Assembly: GCA_031370645.1 (NCBI GenBank)
Contig: JANMQV010000039.1
Span: 1 to 50,582, forward strand
DNA: 50,582 nt
Direction of reading: 5' to 3'
DNA from: Candidatus Eiseniibacteriota bacterium
Lineage (GTDB): Bacteria > Eisenbacteria > RBG-16-71-46 > SZUA-252
Below the pieces are notes generated by a model that saw only the letters and a list, made by a program, of their open reading frames with translations, did not search any database and was not told where the DNA came from. Of this stretch, positions 25,556 through 35,042 are shown one piece after another. Each line of letters begins with the position of its first letter. Position 1 is the first letter of the stretch. Both the position numbers and the translations under genes were made by a program.

Positions 25556-26056
25556 CTAGCGGGGCCGTTTCCGGCGCGCGCTCCGCTCCTTGCTCTCGAA
25601 CTCGGCGCCGGTGGGGATCGGGGCGTACTCCTTCACCGTGGAGAGGACGATGGTGGTCCGCGTCGAGCGGATGCTCTTGATCGTGCCGATGCCGTCCCGC
25701 AAGAGGGCGCCGAGCGCCTCGGTGCCGGCGACGCGGACCTTTACGAGATAGCAGTCCTCGCCCGCGACCTGGTGGACCTCCTGCACTTCGGGGAGGCGCG
25801 CGATCTCGCGTCCCGCTTCGAGTCCGCCGATTCGCTCCTCGGCGTGGACGAAGATGAACGCCACGAGTCCCGCGTCGAGCGCGCTCGGATCGATTCGCGG
25901 TTCGTATCCGCGAATGATTCCAGTCCGCTCCAACTTCCGGATTCGTTCGAGGATGGCGGAGGGGGCCAGGCCGACGCGGCGCGCGATCTCGGAATTGGGC
26001 GTGCGCGCGTTTTCTTGAAGGATCGCAAGGATGGCACGATCGGACGGGTCAAGCAT
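25556..26056 (-). CDS. Lrp/AsnC family transcriptional regulator
   Basis: LDPSDRAILAILQENARTPNSEIARRVGLAPSAILERIRKLERTGII..VQEVHQVAGEDCYLVKV. Confidence 0.95.
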   Translation of the reverse strand: MLDPSDRAILAILQENARTPNSEIARRVGLAPSAILERIRKLERTGIIRGYEPRIDPSALDAGLVAFIFVHAEERIGGLEAGREIARLPEVQEVHQVAGEDCYLVKVRVAGTEALGALLRDGIGTIKSIRSTRTTIVLSTVKEYAPIPTGAEFESKERSARRKRPR

Positions 26057-26075
26057 CGGTTGAACCTCCTTTCGC

Positions 26076-26108
26076 CTGAATTTTATTCAGCGATTACGAC
26101 AAATTCAA
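26076..26108 (-). promoter_or_regulatory. Promoter of the lrp-like gene overlapped by a 15-bp Lrp-box-like palindrome
   Basis: Minus strand TTGAAT-N17-TAAAAT; palindrome CTGAAT-TTT-ATTCAG at 26076-26090. Confidence 0.65.
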
Positions 26109-26226
26109 GACGATTATTCGGTAGCTCCGGAGCCCCCACGGACCCAGATTCGCCGTCCGAAGGGGGCGCCCGCGGCGTAAACTGGGAAGAGCGGGAAGGG
26201 TTCCGCGCCAAAGGAGGGGGATCTCG

Positions 26227-26640
26227 ATGTTTCTTTTGCTCCTCGTCACGACGCTCGGCGTCGCTCTGCTGACTTCGGCGATCGTCGTCTTCTTCTTCAA
26301 GAAGCCGATCCGCCAAATTCTGAATCGCATCATCGGCGAGGAGATCGCCGAAGGATGGCAGCGATTTCTTCTCTTCGCGGTTTACGTGGTCGGCGTCTCC
26401 TCCGGCGTCCAGATTTGGAAACTGGAGCAATACGTGCACCCCCAACCGACGGGGCCCGACGGGAAGAGCGTCGCGCTCACGCTCGACGGCGCGTCGATGG
26501 CGCTCGAGGTCTATCGGACGATCATTCAGGTCCTTCAGGGAGTCGCCTGGGCGCTGCTCGTCTTCTTCGTCGTAGCGCTCATCGCCTTCGCGATCACGCG
26601 CCGCGCGGAATCGCACCGAGGGGAAGGGGGCGCGAAGTGA
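26227..26640 (+). CDS. Small membrane protein (3 TM), hypothetical
   Basis: AGGAGG RBS; three hydrophobic helices. Confidence 0.75.
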   Translation: MFLLLLVTTLGVALLTSAIVVFFFKKPIRQILNRIIGEEIAEGWQRFLLFAVYVVGVSSGVQIWKLEQYVHPQPTGPDGKSVALTLDGASMALEVYRTIIQVLQGVAWALLVFFVVALIAFAITRRAESHRGEGGAK

Positions 26641-26705
26641 CGCGCGAGCGGCGCCGCGCCGGCGGGGAAACTCCCGGCCGGCGAGCCGCGTAGTACTACC
26701 AAGCC

Positions 26706-27335
26706 ATGAATCTCGGAACGATCGGACTTCTCCTCGGCGCCTCGTTCGCGTCGGGCATCAACCTCTACGCGACCGTCGCGACGCTCGGACTGCTCCAGCG
26801 TTTCGAAGTCGTCGCGCTCCCCCCTTCGCTCGCCATTCTGGGGCACCCGATCGTTCTGGCGATCGCGATCGCGCTCTATCTCATCGAGTTCGTCGCGGAC
26901 AAAATCCCCGCCGTCGACCATCTCTGGGACGCGGCGCACACCTTCATTCGTCCGCCGGCCGCCGCACTCCTCGCCTACGCGGCGGTGGCGCCTGCCTCGA
27001 GCGGCGTGCCGGAACTCTGGCGCATCGCGGCCGCACTCCTGGCCGGCTCCATCGCGCTGACGGCGCACTCGACCAAGGCGGCGACGCGCGGCGCGGTCAA
27101 CGCGAGCCCCGAGCCTTTCAGCACGGCAGCGGTCAGTTTCGCCGAGGATCTTCTCGCCATCGGCCTTTCGTGGCTCGCCGTCGTTCATCCCGCCATCGCG
27201 ATCGGCGTGGTGGCGCTCCTCCTCGTCGCCTCGATCGTCATTCTCGTGACGCTCTTCCGCTTCGTTCGCGCGATCTGGCGCCGGATGTTCGGCGCTAGCG
27301 CCGAAACGGAAAACAAAACGCCCACCCCGGCCTAG
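26706..27335 (+). CDS. DUF4126 family membrane protein
   Basis: ASGINLYATV, IEFVADKIPAVDHLWDAAHTFIRPP and SPEPFS..SFAED. Confidence 0.88.
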   Translation: MNLGTIGLLLGASFASGINLYATVATLGLLQRFEVVALPPSLAILGHPIVLAIAIALYLIEFVADKIPAVDHLWDAAHTFIRPPAAALLAYAAVAPASSGVPELWRIAAALLAGSIALTAHSTKAATRGAVNASPEPFSTAAVSFAEDLLAIGLSWLAVVHPAIAIGVVALLLVASIVILVTLFRFVRAIWRRMFGASAETENKTPTPA

Positions 27336-27349
27336 GCCGGAGCGGGCGT
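27310..27349 (-). terminator. Hairpin terminator between the convergent DUF4126 gene and typA
   Basis: ACGCCC..CCGGC-CTAG-GCCGG..GGGCGT, followed by U-rich sequence on the minus strand. Confidence 0.55.
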
Positions 27350-27387
27350 CTTCGCTCGCTGCGCGTCGCGGCCAGGGCCGCGCGCCG

Positions 27388-29196
27388 CTATCCTTCCGCG
27401 GGCTTCCGCCTCGTGTGGTCGAGCACCCGCTTCCGGACGCGGATCGCGTCGGGCGTCACCTCGACCAGCTCGTCGTCGTTGATCCATTCAATCGCCGTCT
27501 CGATCGTCAGTTCGCGCGGAGGGGTGAGCATCATCCCCTTCTCGGATCCCGACGCGCGCATGTTGGTTAGGTGCTTCTTTCGGCAAGTCTGGACGACCAT
27601 GTCGCCGTCTTTCCCCTGCTCTCCGGCCACCTGACCCGCATAGACCTTATCGGTCGGCTTCACGAAGAAAATGCCGCGATCGTCGAGCGCGTCGAGCGCG
27701 TACGCCGTGACGTCGCCCCCCTCCTTCACGACCATGGCGCCGCGCTTCCGGTTCGGAAGGGCGCCGCGGTGTGGCCCGTACTGATCGAACATGTGATTCA
27801 GGAGCCCGGTCCCCTTCGTCAGCGTGAGGAACTCGGTGCGGAATCCGAGGAGCCCGCGCGACGGGATGGAGAATTCCATGCGCGCGCGATCGCCATGCTT
27901 GCCCAAGTGCTGCAGCTCGCCGCGGCGCTCGCCCAAGGCGGAGATGACCGCGCCCGTATAGGCCTGGTCGCAGTCGATCACCAGCTCTTCATATGGCTCC
28001 AAGAGGGCGCCCTTCTCGTCGCGATGGAAGATGACCTGCGGCCGGCCGAGGGCGAATTCGAATCCTTCGCGCCGCATCGTCTCCGCCAGGATCGAGAGCG
28101 ACAGTTCGCCGCGTCCGAGGACCATGAACGAATCGGTCTCGGGATGGCGCTCCATGAGGAGCCCCACGTTTCGTTCCAGCTCCCGCTCCAGCCGCTCGAG
28201 AATATGGCGGCTCGTCAGGTACTTCCCGGAGAGTCCCGCGAAGGGCGAGTCGTTCACGCGGAACTCCATCGAGAGCGTCGGCTCGTCGACGCGGATTCCC
28301 GCGAGCGGAGTCGGATCCGCCGGGTCGAGAATGGTCTGGCCGATCTCGATCTTGGGGAAGCCGGAGAGGACGACGATGTCGCCCGCCGCCGCGTGGTCCA
28401 CTTCGACCCGGTGGATCCCCTCGAAGAGGTAGATCTTGTTGGCGCGGCCGCGCTCCAACACCGTGCCGTCGGGCTTCACGGCCACGAGAGGGGTGGTGCG
28501 GGTCAACTCGCCCGAGTTGATGCGCCCGATCGCCAGGCGGCCGAAATAGTCGGAGTAGTCGATATTCGCCACGATCAGTTTGAATGGCTTGTCCTCGATG
28601 ACCGGCGGCGGAACGATGTTGAGGATCGTGTCGAGGAGGGGGCGAAGGTCACCGCTCGTCGCCTGCGGGTCCTTGGAGACGAATCCGAGCCGGCCCGACC
28701 CGTAGAGAACGGGGAACTCGAGATGGGAGTCGAGCGTCGCGAGCGAAAGGAAGAGATCGTGGATCTCCTCCTCCACCTCGAGCGGACGCGCGTCGGAACG
28801 ATCGATCTTGTTGATGAGCACGATCGGCCGCTTTCCGCTCTCGAGCGCCTTCTTCAACACGAAGCGCGTCTGGGGAAGGGGGCCCTCGGCGGCGTCGACG
28901 AGCAGGAGAACGCCCTCGACCATCGTGAGGATTCGTTCCACTTCCGAGCCGAAGTCACGGTGACCGGGCGTGTCGACGATGTTGATCACCGTCTCGCCGA
29001 ACCGGATGGCGGTGTTCTTGGCGAGAATCGTGATGCCGCGCTCGCGCTCCAGGTCGCCCGAATCCATGACGCAGTCGGCGACGTGCTGGTTCTCGCGGAA
29101 CGTCCCGCTCTGACGGAGGAGGGCATCCACAAGGGTGGTCTTGCCATGGTCGACGTGGGCGACGATGGCGATGGCGCGACGATCGGTCCTTTTCAT
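27388..29196 (-). CDS. typA: Translational GTPase TypA/BipA
   Basis: [36 protein letters not shown] and [11 protein letters not shown]. Confidence 0.97.
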   Translation of the reverse strand: MKRTDRRAIAIVAHVDHGKTTLVDALLRQSGTFRENQHVADCVMDSGDLERERGITILAKNTAIRFGETVINIVDTPGHRDFGSEVERILTMVEGVLLLVDAAEGPLPQTRFVLKKALESGKRPIVLINKIDRSDARPLEVEEEIHDLFLSLATLDSHLEFPVLYGSGRLGFVSKDPQATSGDLRPLLDTILNIVPPPVIEDKPFKLIVANIDYSDYFGRLAIGRINSGELTRTTPLVAVKPDGTVLERGRANKIYLFEGIHRVEVDHAAAGDIVVLSGFPKIEIGQTILDPADPTPLAGIRVDEPTLSMEFRVNDSPFAGLSGKYLTSRHILERLERELERNVGLLMERHPETDSFMVLGRGELSLSILAETMRREGFEFALGRPQVIFHRDEKGALLEPYEELVIDCDQAYTGAVISALGERRGELQHLGKHGDRARMEFSIPSRGLLGFRTEFLTLTKGTGLLNHMFDQYGPHRGALPNRKRGAMVVKEGGDVTAYALDALDDRGIFFVKPTDKVYAGQVAGEQGKDGDMVVQTCRKKHLTNMRASGSEKGMMLTPPRELTIETAIEWINDDELVEVTPDAIRVRKRVLDHTRRKPAEG

Positions 29197-29430
29197 CACG
29201 GTAATCATAGCCCACAAGGATAGCACAGGTGGTCAACCTGCTGCGGTCCTAATAGTTGGGCCCCAGGTTGTGAACTTTTTCTCAAAACCCCTGCCGAAAT
29301 TCGGAACGCCGTACCACCCCTGGACCATGACCTTCCTCGACGCTGCCTGCGTATGCTGGTCGTGTCGCCCGGCGCGCCGTGTCGAGCTACCGATCCAGAG
29401 AAGTGTGCCCTTCGGGGCAGGAGGTGCTCC

Positions 29431-30204
29431 ATGAACGGACGGCTTGAGGGAAAGGTCGCGCTCGTGACCGGCGGCTCCCGCGGCATTGGTGCCGCGACCT
29501 GCTGGAAGATGGCGCGGGAGGGCGCCTTGGTGGTGGTGGCGGACGTGATCGACGGGGAAGGCGAAGCCGTGGGCTCGGCGATCGCCAAAGCGGGTTTCAA
29601 GGCGCGCTACGTCCATCTCGACGTCTCCTCCGAGGCGGACTGGACCTCGGCCGTGCGCGGAACGCTTCAGGCGTTCGGCGCGCTCCACGTACTGGTGAAC
29701 AACGCCGGTATCGCGAGCCTCGAGGATGTCGAGCAGGAGACGCTCGCGGGATATCAGCGAATTCTCAGCGTCAATCAGATCGGCGCGTGGCTCGGGATGA
29801 AGGCGGTGATGCCGCATCTTCGCGCCGCGGGGGGAGGCGCCATCGTGAATATCTCCTCCATCTACGGCGCCGTGGGTGGCAATGGAGGATCGATCGCGTA
29901 TCATGCCTCCAAGGGGGCCCTCCGCCAGATGACCAAGAACGCGGCGATCCGGTACGCACCGGAGAAAATCCGCGTCGTCTCGGTCCATCCCGGATTCATC
30001 GAGACCCCGATGGTCGCGCCGTTTCTCTCGAAGGTTGGGTCGGAGCCGAATCCGATGCTCACGTTCGTCCTCGAGCACACGCCGCTCGCCCGCATGGGCC
30101 GCTCCGAGGAAGTCGCGAACGTGATCGCCTTTCTCGCGAGCGACGAAGCGTCGTATATGACCGGCTCGGAGGTGTTCGTCGACGGCGGCTGGACCGCCGC
30201 CTGA
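29431..30204 (+). CDS. Short-chain dehydrogenase/reductase (classical SDR)
   Basis: GGAGG RBS; TGGSRGIG, NNAG, S..YHASK, SVHPG and VDGG. Confidence 0.93.
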   Translation: MNGRLEGKVALVTGGSRGIGAATCWKMAREGALVVVADVIDGEGEAVGSAIAKAGFKARYVHLDVSSEADWTSAVRGTLQAFGALHVLVNNAGIASLEDVEQETLAGYQRILSVNQIGAWLGMKAVMPHLRAAGGGAIVNISSIYGAVGGNGGSIAYHASKGALRQMTKNAAIRYAPEKIRVVSVHPGFIETPMVAPFLSKVGSEPNPMLTFVLEHTPLARMGRSEEVANVIAFLASDEASYMTGSEVFVDGGWTAA

Positions 30205-30245
30205 CCGCACCCGGGCCTCACTCCAAGGAAGGAGAAGTCCCGTCC

Positions 30246-31043
30246 ATGCTCGGAGCCCTCTCCCGCTACGCCGTCCTCTTCGCCCTCGTCGGAATTCTCG
30301 GCGCCGGTTGCGCCGCGATCCCGGCGCAGCACATCGGCGTCATCGAATCGTTCGGCAAGGTCTACGACGACACCTGGGGTCCCGGACTCCACGTCTGGCT
30401 CCCCTGGACCGGCGTCCACCGAATTAACTGCCGCACGAGCCAGATCGAGGAGCGAACGTCGACGCCGACGAGCGAAGGGCTCGTCGTGGGGCTCGACGTG
30501 AGCATCGTCTATCACCCCGAACCGACCACGGCGAAGGACATCTACGGCCGTTACGGCGGGTTGGACGGCTTGGTCGCAAACGTCCTCGTGCCCGAATTCC
30601 GCAGCGTGGTCCGCGACGTGACGGCCGGCTTCGAGGCGGTCGATCTCTACTCGGGGCGCCGCGAGGAAGTGAGCCGAAAGATGCTCGAATCGATGCGCGA
30701 GCGGATGAAGGATCGCGGCGTGAACATCGAGGCGATCCTGCTCCGGAATATCGAGCTCCCCGCGCAAGTCGCGAAGGCGGTGGAGGCGAAACTGGCCGCG
30801 GATCAGCAGGCGCAGCAGATGGAGTTCGTCCTGCGGAAGGAATCGAAGGAAGCCGAGCGGAAGCGGATCGAGGCGCAGGGGATTTCCGATTTCCAGCGGA
30901 TCGTCACGGCGGGCATCTCGCCGGCGCTCCTCACCTGGAAGGGAATCGAGGCGACCGAGAAGATCGCCCTCTCGGAGAACACGAAGATCGTCATCGTGGG
31001 CGGGAAAAACGGACTCCCGGTCATCCTCAACACCGAGAAGTAG
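30246..31043 (+). CDS. Prohibitin/SPFH family protein, probable lipoprotein
   Basis: AAGGAG RBS; lipobox-like LGAGC; TSEGL.V.LDVS, LLRNIELP and EAERKRIEAQGI. Confidence 0.88.
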   Translation: MLGALSRYAVLFALVGILGAGCAAIPAQHIGVIESFGKVYDDTWGPGLHVWLPWTGVHRINCRTSQIEERTSTPTSEGLVVGLDVSIVYHPEPTTAKDIYGRYGGLDGLVANVLVPEFRSVVRDVTAGFEAVDLYSGRREEVSRKMLESMRERMKDRGVNIEAILLRNIELPAQVAKAVEAKLAADQQAQQMEFVLRKESKEAERKRIEAQGISDFQRIVTAGISPALLTWKGIEATEKIALSENTKIVIVGGKNGLPVILNTEK

Positions 31044-31091
31044 CGAAGCGGTATTCGGTGACTAGCCGCGGGGTGTTGTGGGCGTTCGGCC

Positions 31092-31730
31092 CTACGCCCC
31101 GCGGGCCAGCCCACGGATCAGCGTGTCGACCAGGGCGCCCGTTCGTTCCTCCAGGGGGCGCCACTCCATCCAGGCGTCCCCCTCCTTCGCGATCGAGAGT
31201 GCCGCGGCTCCGTGAAGCGCCGCCCAATAGATCTGCGCGACCAGGTGCGGATCGGCGAGATCGGAGCGCAGTTGGCGCGAGCCGATCGCCTCCGAGACCG
31301 TTCGAACGAGGAAAAGATAGGCATCGCGGTCGGGTAGTTCCTGTGCGGTCGCGTCCTCTTCCTCCGCGCCGCCCTCCGTCGCCTGCCCCGGGGTCATGAA
31401 CATGAGGCGATAGGCGTGGGGGTGCTCCAGGGCGAAGCCGATGTAGCCGCGCCCCAGCATGCGGAGCCGCTCCAGAGGGTCGGGGACCCGCGCGAGGACC
31501 TGGAAACGAGCTGCGAGTGCGCTGAAATCGACGGCGCAGAGTCGACGGAAGAGAGTCCGTTTGTCCCGGAAATGGAAATAGAGCGCCGTCGGGGTGTAGT
31601 CGACGCGATCGGCGATCTTCCGCATCGTGACCGCCTCATAGCCCTCGGACGCAAAGAGTTCCCGAGCCGCGTCCAAGATTCGCCGCTGGATTTCCTCCTT
31701 CTCCCGTTCCCGCCTGAGCCCGGTAGCCAT
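31092..31730 (-). CDS. TetR/AcrR family transcriptional regulator
   Basis: ILDAARELFASEGYEAVTMRKIADRVDYTPTALYFHFRDK, then WAALHG. Confidence 0.93.
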   Translation of the reverse strand: MATGLRREREKEEIQRRILDAARELFASEGYEAVTMRKIADRVDYTPTALYFHFRDKRTLFRRLCAVDFSALAARFQVLARVPDPLERLRMLGRGYIGFALEHPHAYRLMFMTPGQATEGGAEEEDATAQELPDRDAYLFLVRTVSEAIGSRQLRSDLADPHLVAQIYWAALHGAAALSIAKEGDAWMEWRPLEERTGALVDTLIRGLARGA

Positions 31731-31855
31731 AATTAGGTTAAAAAATATAACGTCATTCAAAAATATACCACAGAAATATTATGGTTGAGATGGATGAGAA
31801 ATTTTGGCGTAAGTAGTTGTATCAAAGCAGATTAACGACGAGACACCGAGTCGAT

Positions 31856-32722
31856 CTACTTCTTCCCGGACTCCATCTTCCCCGATACAGCCTCATCATC
31901 ATCGGGGTGGAGGGTAATCGGGATCGGCGCACCGGCCTGGTAGAGGTGAATCGTCCCCTGGAATGACTTGAGCTCGATTCGGGCGCTTCCGGTCCCCAGG
32001 GAGAACTGAACGCGGCGTCCCCGGCTCGAGCCGGTGACCGAAACAGGGAAGGAGGAAACAAACTCGCCGGAGAAGGTCGCGACCGCGAATGAGGCGTCGC
32101 AGGAGGGGGGTACGGCGACCGCGACGTCTCCCGTGTGGCTCGCGAATTTGTACGAGCCGTGAGGCCGGTAGCTGCCTTCGTAGACGATCGAGCCGTTCAC
32201 GGTGGAGGCATCGACCGTGTCGGCCTCCATGGAGCGCAGGACGCAGTCGCCGTTCACGCTTTCGGCCACCACGCTCCCCATCGAATTCGCCACGCGGATG
32301 TCGCGATTCACCGTGTTGAGATCCATGTGCCCCGAACCGCCCGCCACCTCGACGTCGCCATGCACGGTCGTCACGTGGACCTGTCCTCGCGTGCCCTCGA
32401 CCGCCACATCGGTGTGCGTACCCGAAACCTCGAGATTCATCCAGGTCGGCGCGGTGATGTGAATGTCGGTGCTCCGCTGCGCCTTGGGAGAAGTCGTGGT
32501 CTTGATGAGGAGCGCCCCCTCGATGGAGCGAATCCAGACCTTGTCCAATTCGGAGTGCGTCGCCTCGATACGCACCGCGTCCTTCCCCCAGGTCTCGATG
32601 ATCACCGAGCCCGCATAGTTGGCGACGCGCAGGGTCGTCCCCCGCGGAACGGCGAACGTCGTGTCGGCGTCGCTCGCAAGGGTGAACGCGGTGATGGCGG
32701 CAAGAGTGAGCGAGGTGAGCAT
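31856..32722 (-). CDS. DUF4097 family beta-strand repeat protein (exported)
   Basis: Signal-like N-terminus; repeats TTVHGDV, NTVNRDI, ESVNGDC, STVNGSI, ASHTGDV, ATFSGEF and KSFQGTI. Confidence 0.85.
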   Translation of the reverse strand: MLTSLTLAAITAFTLASDADTTFAVPRGTTLRVANYAGSVIIETWGKDAVRIEATHSELDKVWIRSIEGALLIKTTTSPKAQRSTDIHITAPTWMNLEVSGTHTDVAVEGTRGQVHVTTVHGDVEVAGGSGHMDLNTVNRDIRVANSMGSVVAESVNGDCVLRSMEADTVDASTVNGSIVYEGSYRPHGSYKFASHTGDVAVAVPPSCDASFAVATFSGEFVSSFPVSVTGSSRGRRVQFSLGTGSARIELKSFQGTIHLYQAGAPIPITLHPDDDEAVSGKMESGKK

Positions 32723-32732
32723 CCGGTTCTCC

Positions 32733-33434
32733 CTATTCGGCTCCGCCCGCGAGAGCCACGGCCCGGCGCAGGAGGCGTAGTTGGCGTTCTCTCAATTCAT
32801 CGAGATGACTCTGGATGTAGGGGTTGCCGGGGTCGGCTTCCAGGGCGCGGCTCGCTTCACCTACGGCGCCTTCGACGCTTCCGAGGCTCTCCTGGAACGC
32901 GCGGAGGGTCTCCGGGTCGAGCGACTCCCGCCGCGACTCCAAGAGTTTGTTCAGTTGGTCGATTTCCGCGAACGCCGCGTCGGCGGAGGCGTTCGATATG
33001 GGGACAACCGTCAAGCGGGTTCCGCTCGCCGGGCGCCGTGCGGTATCACCGCGGCCGAGGAGATCGTTCGCAAACCAGAGGCTCGCGGCCGAGATGGCGA
33101 CGAGCGCCACGGCGGCGGCGGCGAGTTGGGGCAGGGAAAGGGTGAACCGTGAGGCGGCCCAACCGTGCCGCGGCGCCGCGGCCACAGGGCGCGCTCCGGT
33201 CGCGGGAAGATCGCGAAGTCGCGCCTCGATCCCCGGCCACAAGTCGCTCCCGACGCCGATCGACGCATCGAGCTCTCGAAGCCCGCGCGCTCGGCCGACG
33301 ACGTCTTGCAAATCTTCCAGCACGGCGCCGCAGACGGCGCAGTCGGTGAGGTGGTCCTCCACTTCGCGGCGCTCCGACGGCGAGAGCGTGCCGTCGAGAT
33401 GCTCCGATAGCCGGTCGGTCCAGCGGTCGGTCAT
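32733..33434 (-). CDS. Zinc-finger (zf-HC2/ZAS) transmembrane anti-sigma factor
   Basis: LSEHLDGTL..VEDHLTDCAVC (HxxxCxxC) and one TM. GGAGG precedes ATG 33434 (alternative start 33470). Confidence 0.88.
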   Translation of the reverse strand: MTDRWTDRLSEHLDGTLSPSERREVEDHLTDCAVCGAVLEDLQDVVGRARGLRELDASIGVGSDLWPGIEARLRDLPATGARPVAAAPRHGWAASRFTLSLPQLAAAAVALVAISAASLWFANDLLGRGDTARRPASGTRLTVVPISNASADAAFAEIDQLNKLLESRRESLDPETLRAFQESLGSVEGAVGEASRALEADPGNPYIQSHLDELRERQLRLLRRAVALAGGAE

Positions 33435-33466
33435 CGGCGTTCCTCCCAGGGGTCGGTCGTGTTCGC

Positions 33467-34075
33467 TCATCGGGTCAAGTGACCGCGGAGGATCATCCGC
33501 GCTCGGTGCAGTTGCGCTTTCGACGTGCCCGAGGTGACCCCCATCAACTCCCCGATCTCCTCGTGCGTAAATCCTTCCATGTCGTGCAGCACGAACACGG
33601 CGCGGGCACCCGGGGGGAGGAGCCCGATGGCGCGCTCCACGTCGATGTCGGCGTGGTCGGTTCGGTGCCGCCCCGGCACCTCGTCGAGCGCGTGCTCGTC
33701 GGAAATGAATCGCTCTCGCTCCGTCCGGAGCGAGGCGCGGCGCTGAAGGACGACGTTCACCGCCACCCGATGCAGCCAGGTGCCGAAGGCCGATTCGCCG
33801 CGGAAGGTGCCGAGTTTCTGCCAGGCGCGCACGAAAATGTCCTGGGTCACGTCGGGGGCGTGCTCGGAGCCCATCATTCGGCGGACGAGCCCAGCGACGC
33901 GGGAGACGTGCGCGCGATAGAGCCGTTCGAACGCGCGCAAATCGCCGCGCTGGGCGCGCGACACATCCTCCGGCTCTGCGCCCACGATCGTCGGCGCGAC
34001 CAGCGTTGTCGGTGGCGTACTTCCCTCCCCCCGGGGGACTTTTGGTACGACTCGTGGGATAGATGGGGAGGCCAT
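33467..34075 (-). CDS. ECF RNA polymerase sigma factor
   Basis: GDLRAFERLY..DVTQDIFVRAW..FRGESAFGTWLHRVAVN; region 4 FVLHDMEGFTHEEIG..GTSKAQLHRAR. Confidence 0.95.
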   Translation of the reverse strand: MASPSIPRVVPKVPRGEGSTPPTTLVAPTIVGAEPEDVSRAQRGDLRAFERLYRAHVSRVAGLVRRMMGSEHAPDVTQDIFVRAWQKLGTFRGESAFGTWLHRVAVNVVLQRRASLRTERERFISDEHALDEVPGRHRTDHADIDVERAIGLLPPGARAVFVLHDMEGFTHEEIGELMGVTSGTSKAQLHRARMILRGHLTR

Positions 34076-34128
34076 GAGGGTTGGAACCCCGGCCCGCCTT
34101 TCCCGCTCCCGCCGGCGTGCCTGGCGGG

Positions 34129-34929
34129 CTATCTCCCGTCGCCGTCGAGCAGATTCCCCAAGCCGCCGAGGATCGATCCTTCCTCGCGCCGTCTGCCGCC
34201 CGACTGGGGGGCTGCCGCGTAGATCCGGCTGGCGAGCCGGCTGAAGGGGAGCGACTGGAGCCAGATGCGGCCCGGGCCCTTAAGGGTCGCGAAGAAGAGG
34301 CCTTCGCCGCCGAAGAGGGCGCTCTTCAATTTCCCGACGTACTGGATGTCGTACGAAACGCTCGGCTGGATCGCGACGATGCAACCGGTATCGACGCGGA
34401 GCACTTCCGACGCTCCGAGTGTCTTTTCCTCGAGCGTTCCCCCCGCGTGACAGAAGACCCAGCCGTCGCCCGTGAGGCGCTCCATGATGAATCCCTCGCC
34501 GCCGAAGAGGCCGGCGCCGAAACGACGATTGAACGCGATTCCCACCGATACGCCCTTCGCGGCCGCCAGGAACGAGTCCTTCTGGGCGATGATTTCGCCG
34601 CCCAGCTCCTTCAGGTGAAGCGGCTGGATCTTGCCGGGGTAGGGAGCCGCGAACGCTACCGCCCTTCGCTCGGACGCCTCATTGTGAAAAACGGTCATGA
34701 AGAGCGACTCGCCGGTCAGAAGCCGCTTACCCGCTCCGGCGAGTTTCCCCATGAAGGTCTTCTGCTGGTCCGACCCGTCGCCGAAGATCGTGTCCATCTC
34801 GATCCCCTGCTCCAGGTACATCATCGCGCCGGCTTCGGCGATCGCCGCCTCGCCCGGATCGAGAATGACCCGCACGAACTGCATGTCGTCGCCGAGAACC
34901 TCGTAATCCACTTCGTGCATCGTTGCCAT
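34129..34929 (-). CDS. TIGR00266 / AIM24 family protein
   Basis: AEAGAMMY, LTGESLFMT, FGGEGFIMERL.GDG and GPGRIWLQSLPFSRLA. Confidence 0.93.
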   Translation of the reverse strand: MATMHEVDYEVLGDDMQFVRVILDPGEAAIAEAGAMMYLEQGIEMDTIFGDGSDQQKTFMGKLAGAGKRLLTGESLFMTVFHNEASERRAVAFAAPYPGKIQPLHLKELGGEIIAQKDSFLAAAKGVSVGIAFNRRFGAGLFGGEGFIMERLTGDGWVFCHAGGTLEEKTLGASEVLRVDTGCIVAIQPSVSYDIQYVGKLKSALFGGEGLFFATLKGPGRIWLQSLPFSRLASRIYAAAPQSGGRRREEGSILGGLGNLLDGDGR

Positions 34930-35042
34930 GTCGTGGTTTCCTCCCAGGGTCGCGGCGCCCGAACCGACGGGCCCTTGTCACCCGCGCCCAAACCTACCAT
35001 TCTTACGGTGGACCGGTCCCGGGAGTTTCAAGAGGAGGTGCG

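Noticed and set aside
29226-29280. Alternative hairpins (CAACCTG/CAGGTTG) plus a T-run between typA and the SDR gene as a riboswitch or attenuator
   Set aside because: Short stems with no recognisable aptamer, and the region lies upstream of typA's apparent leaderless promoter.
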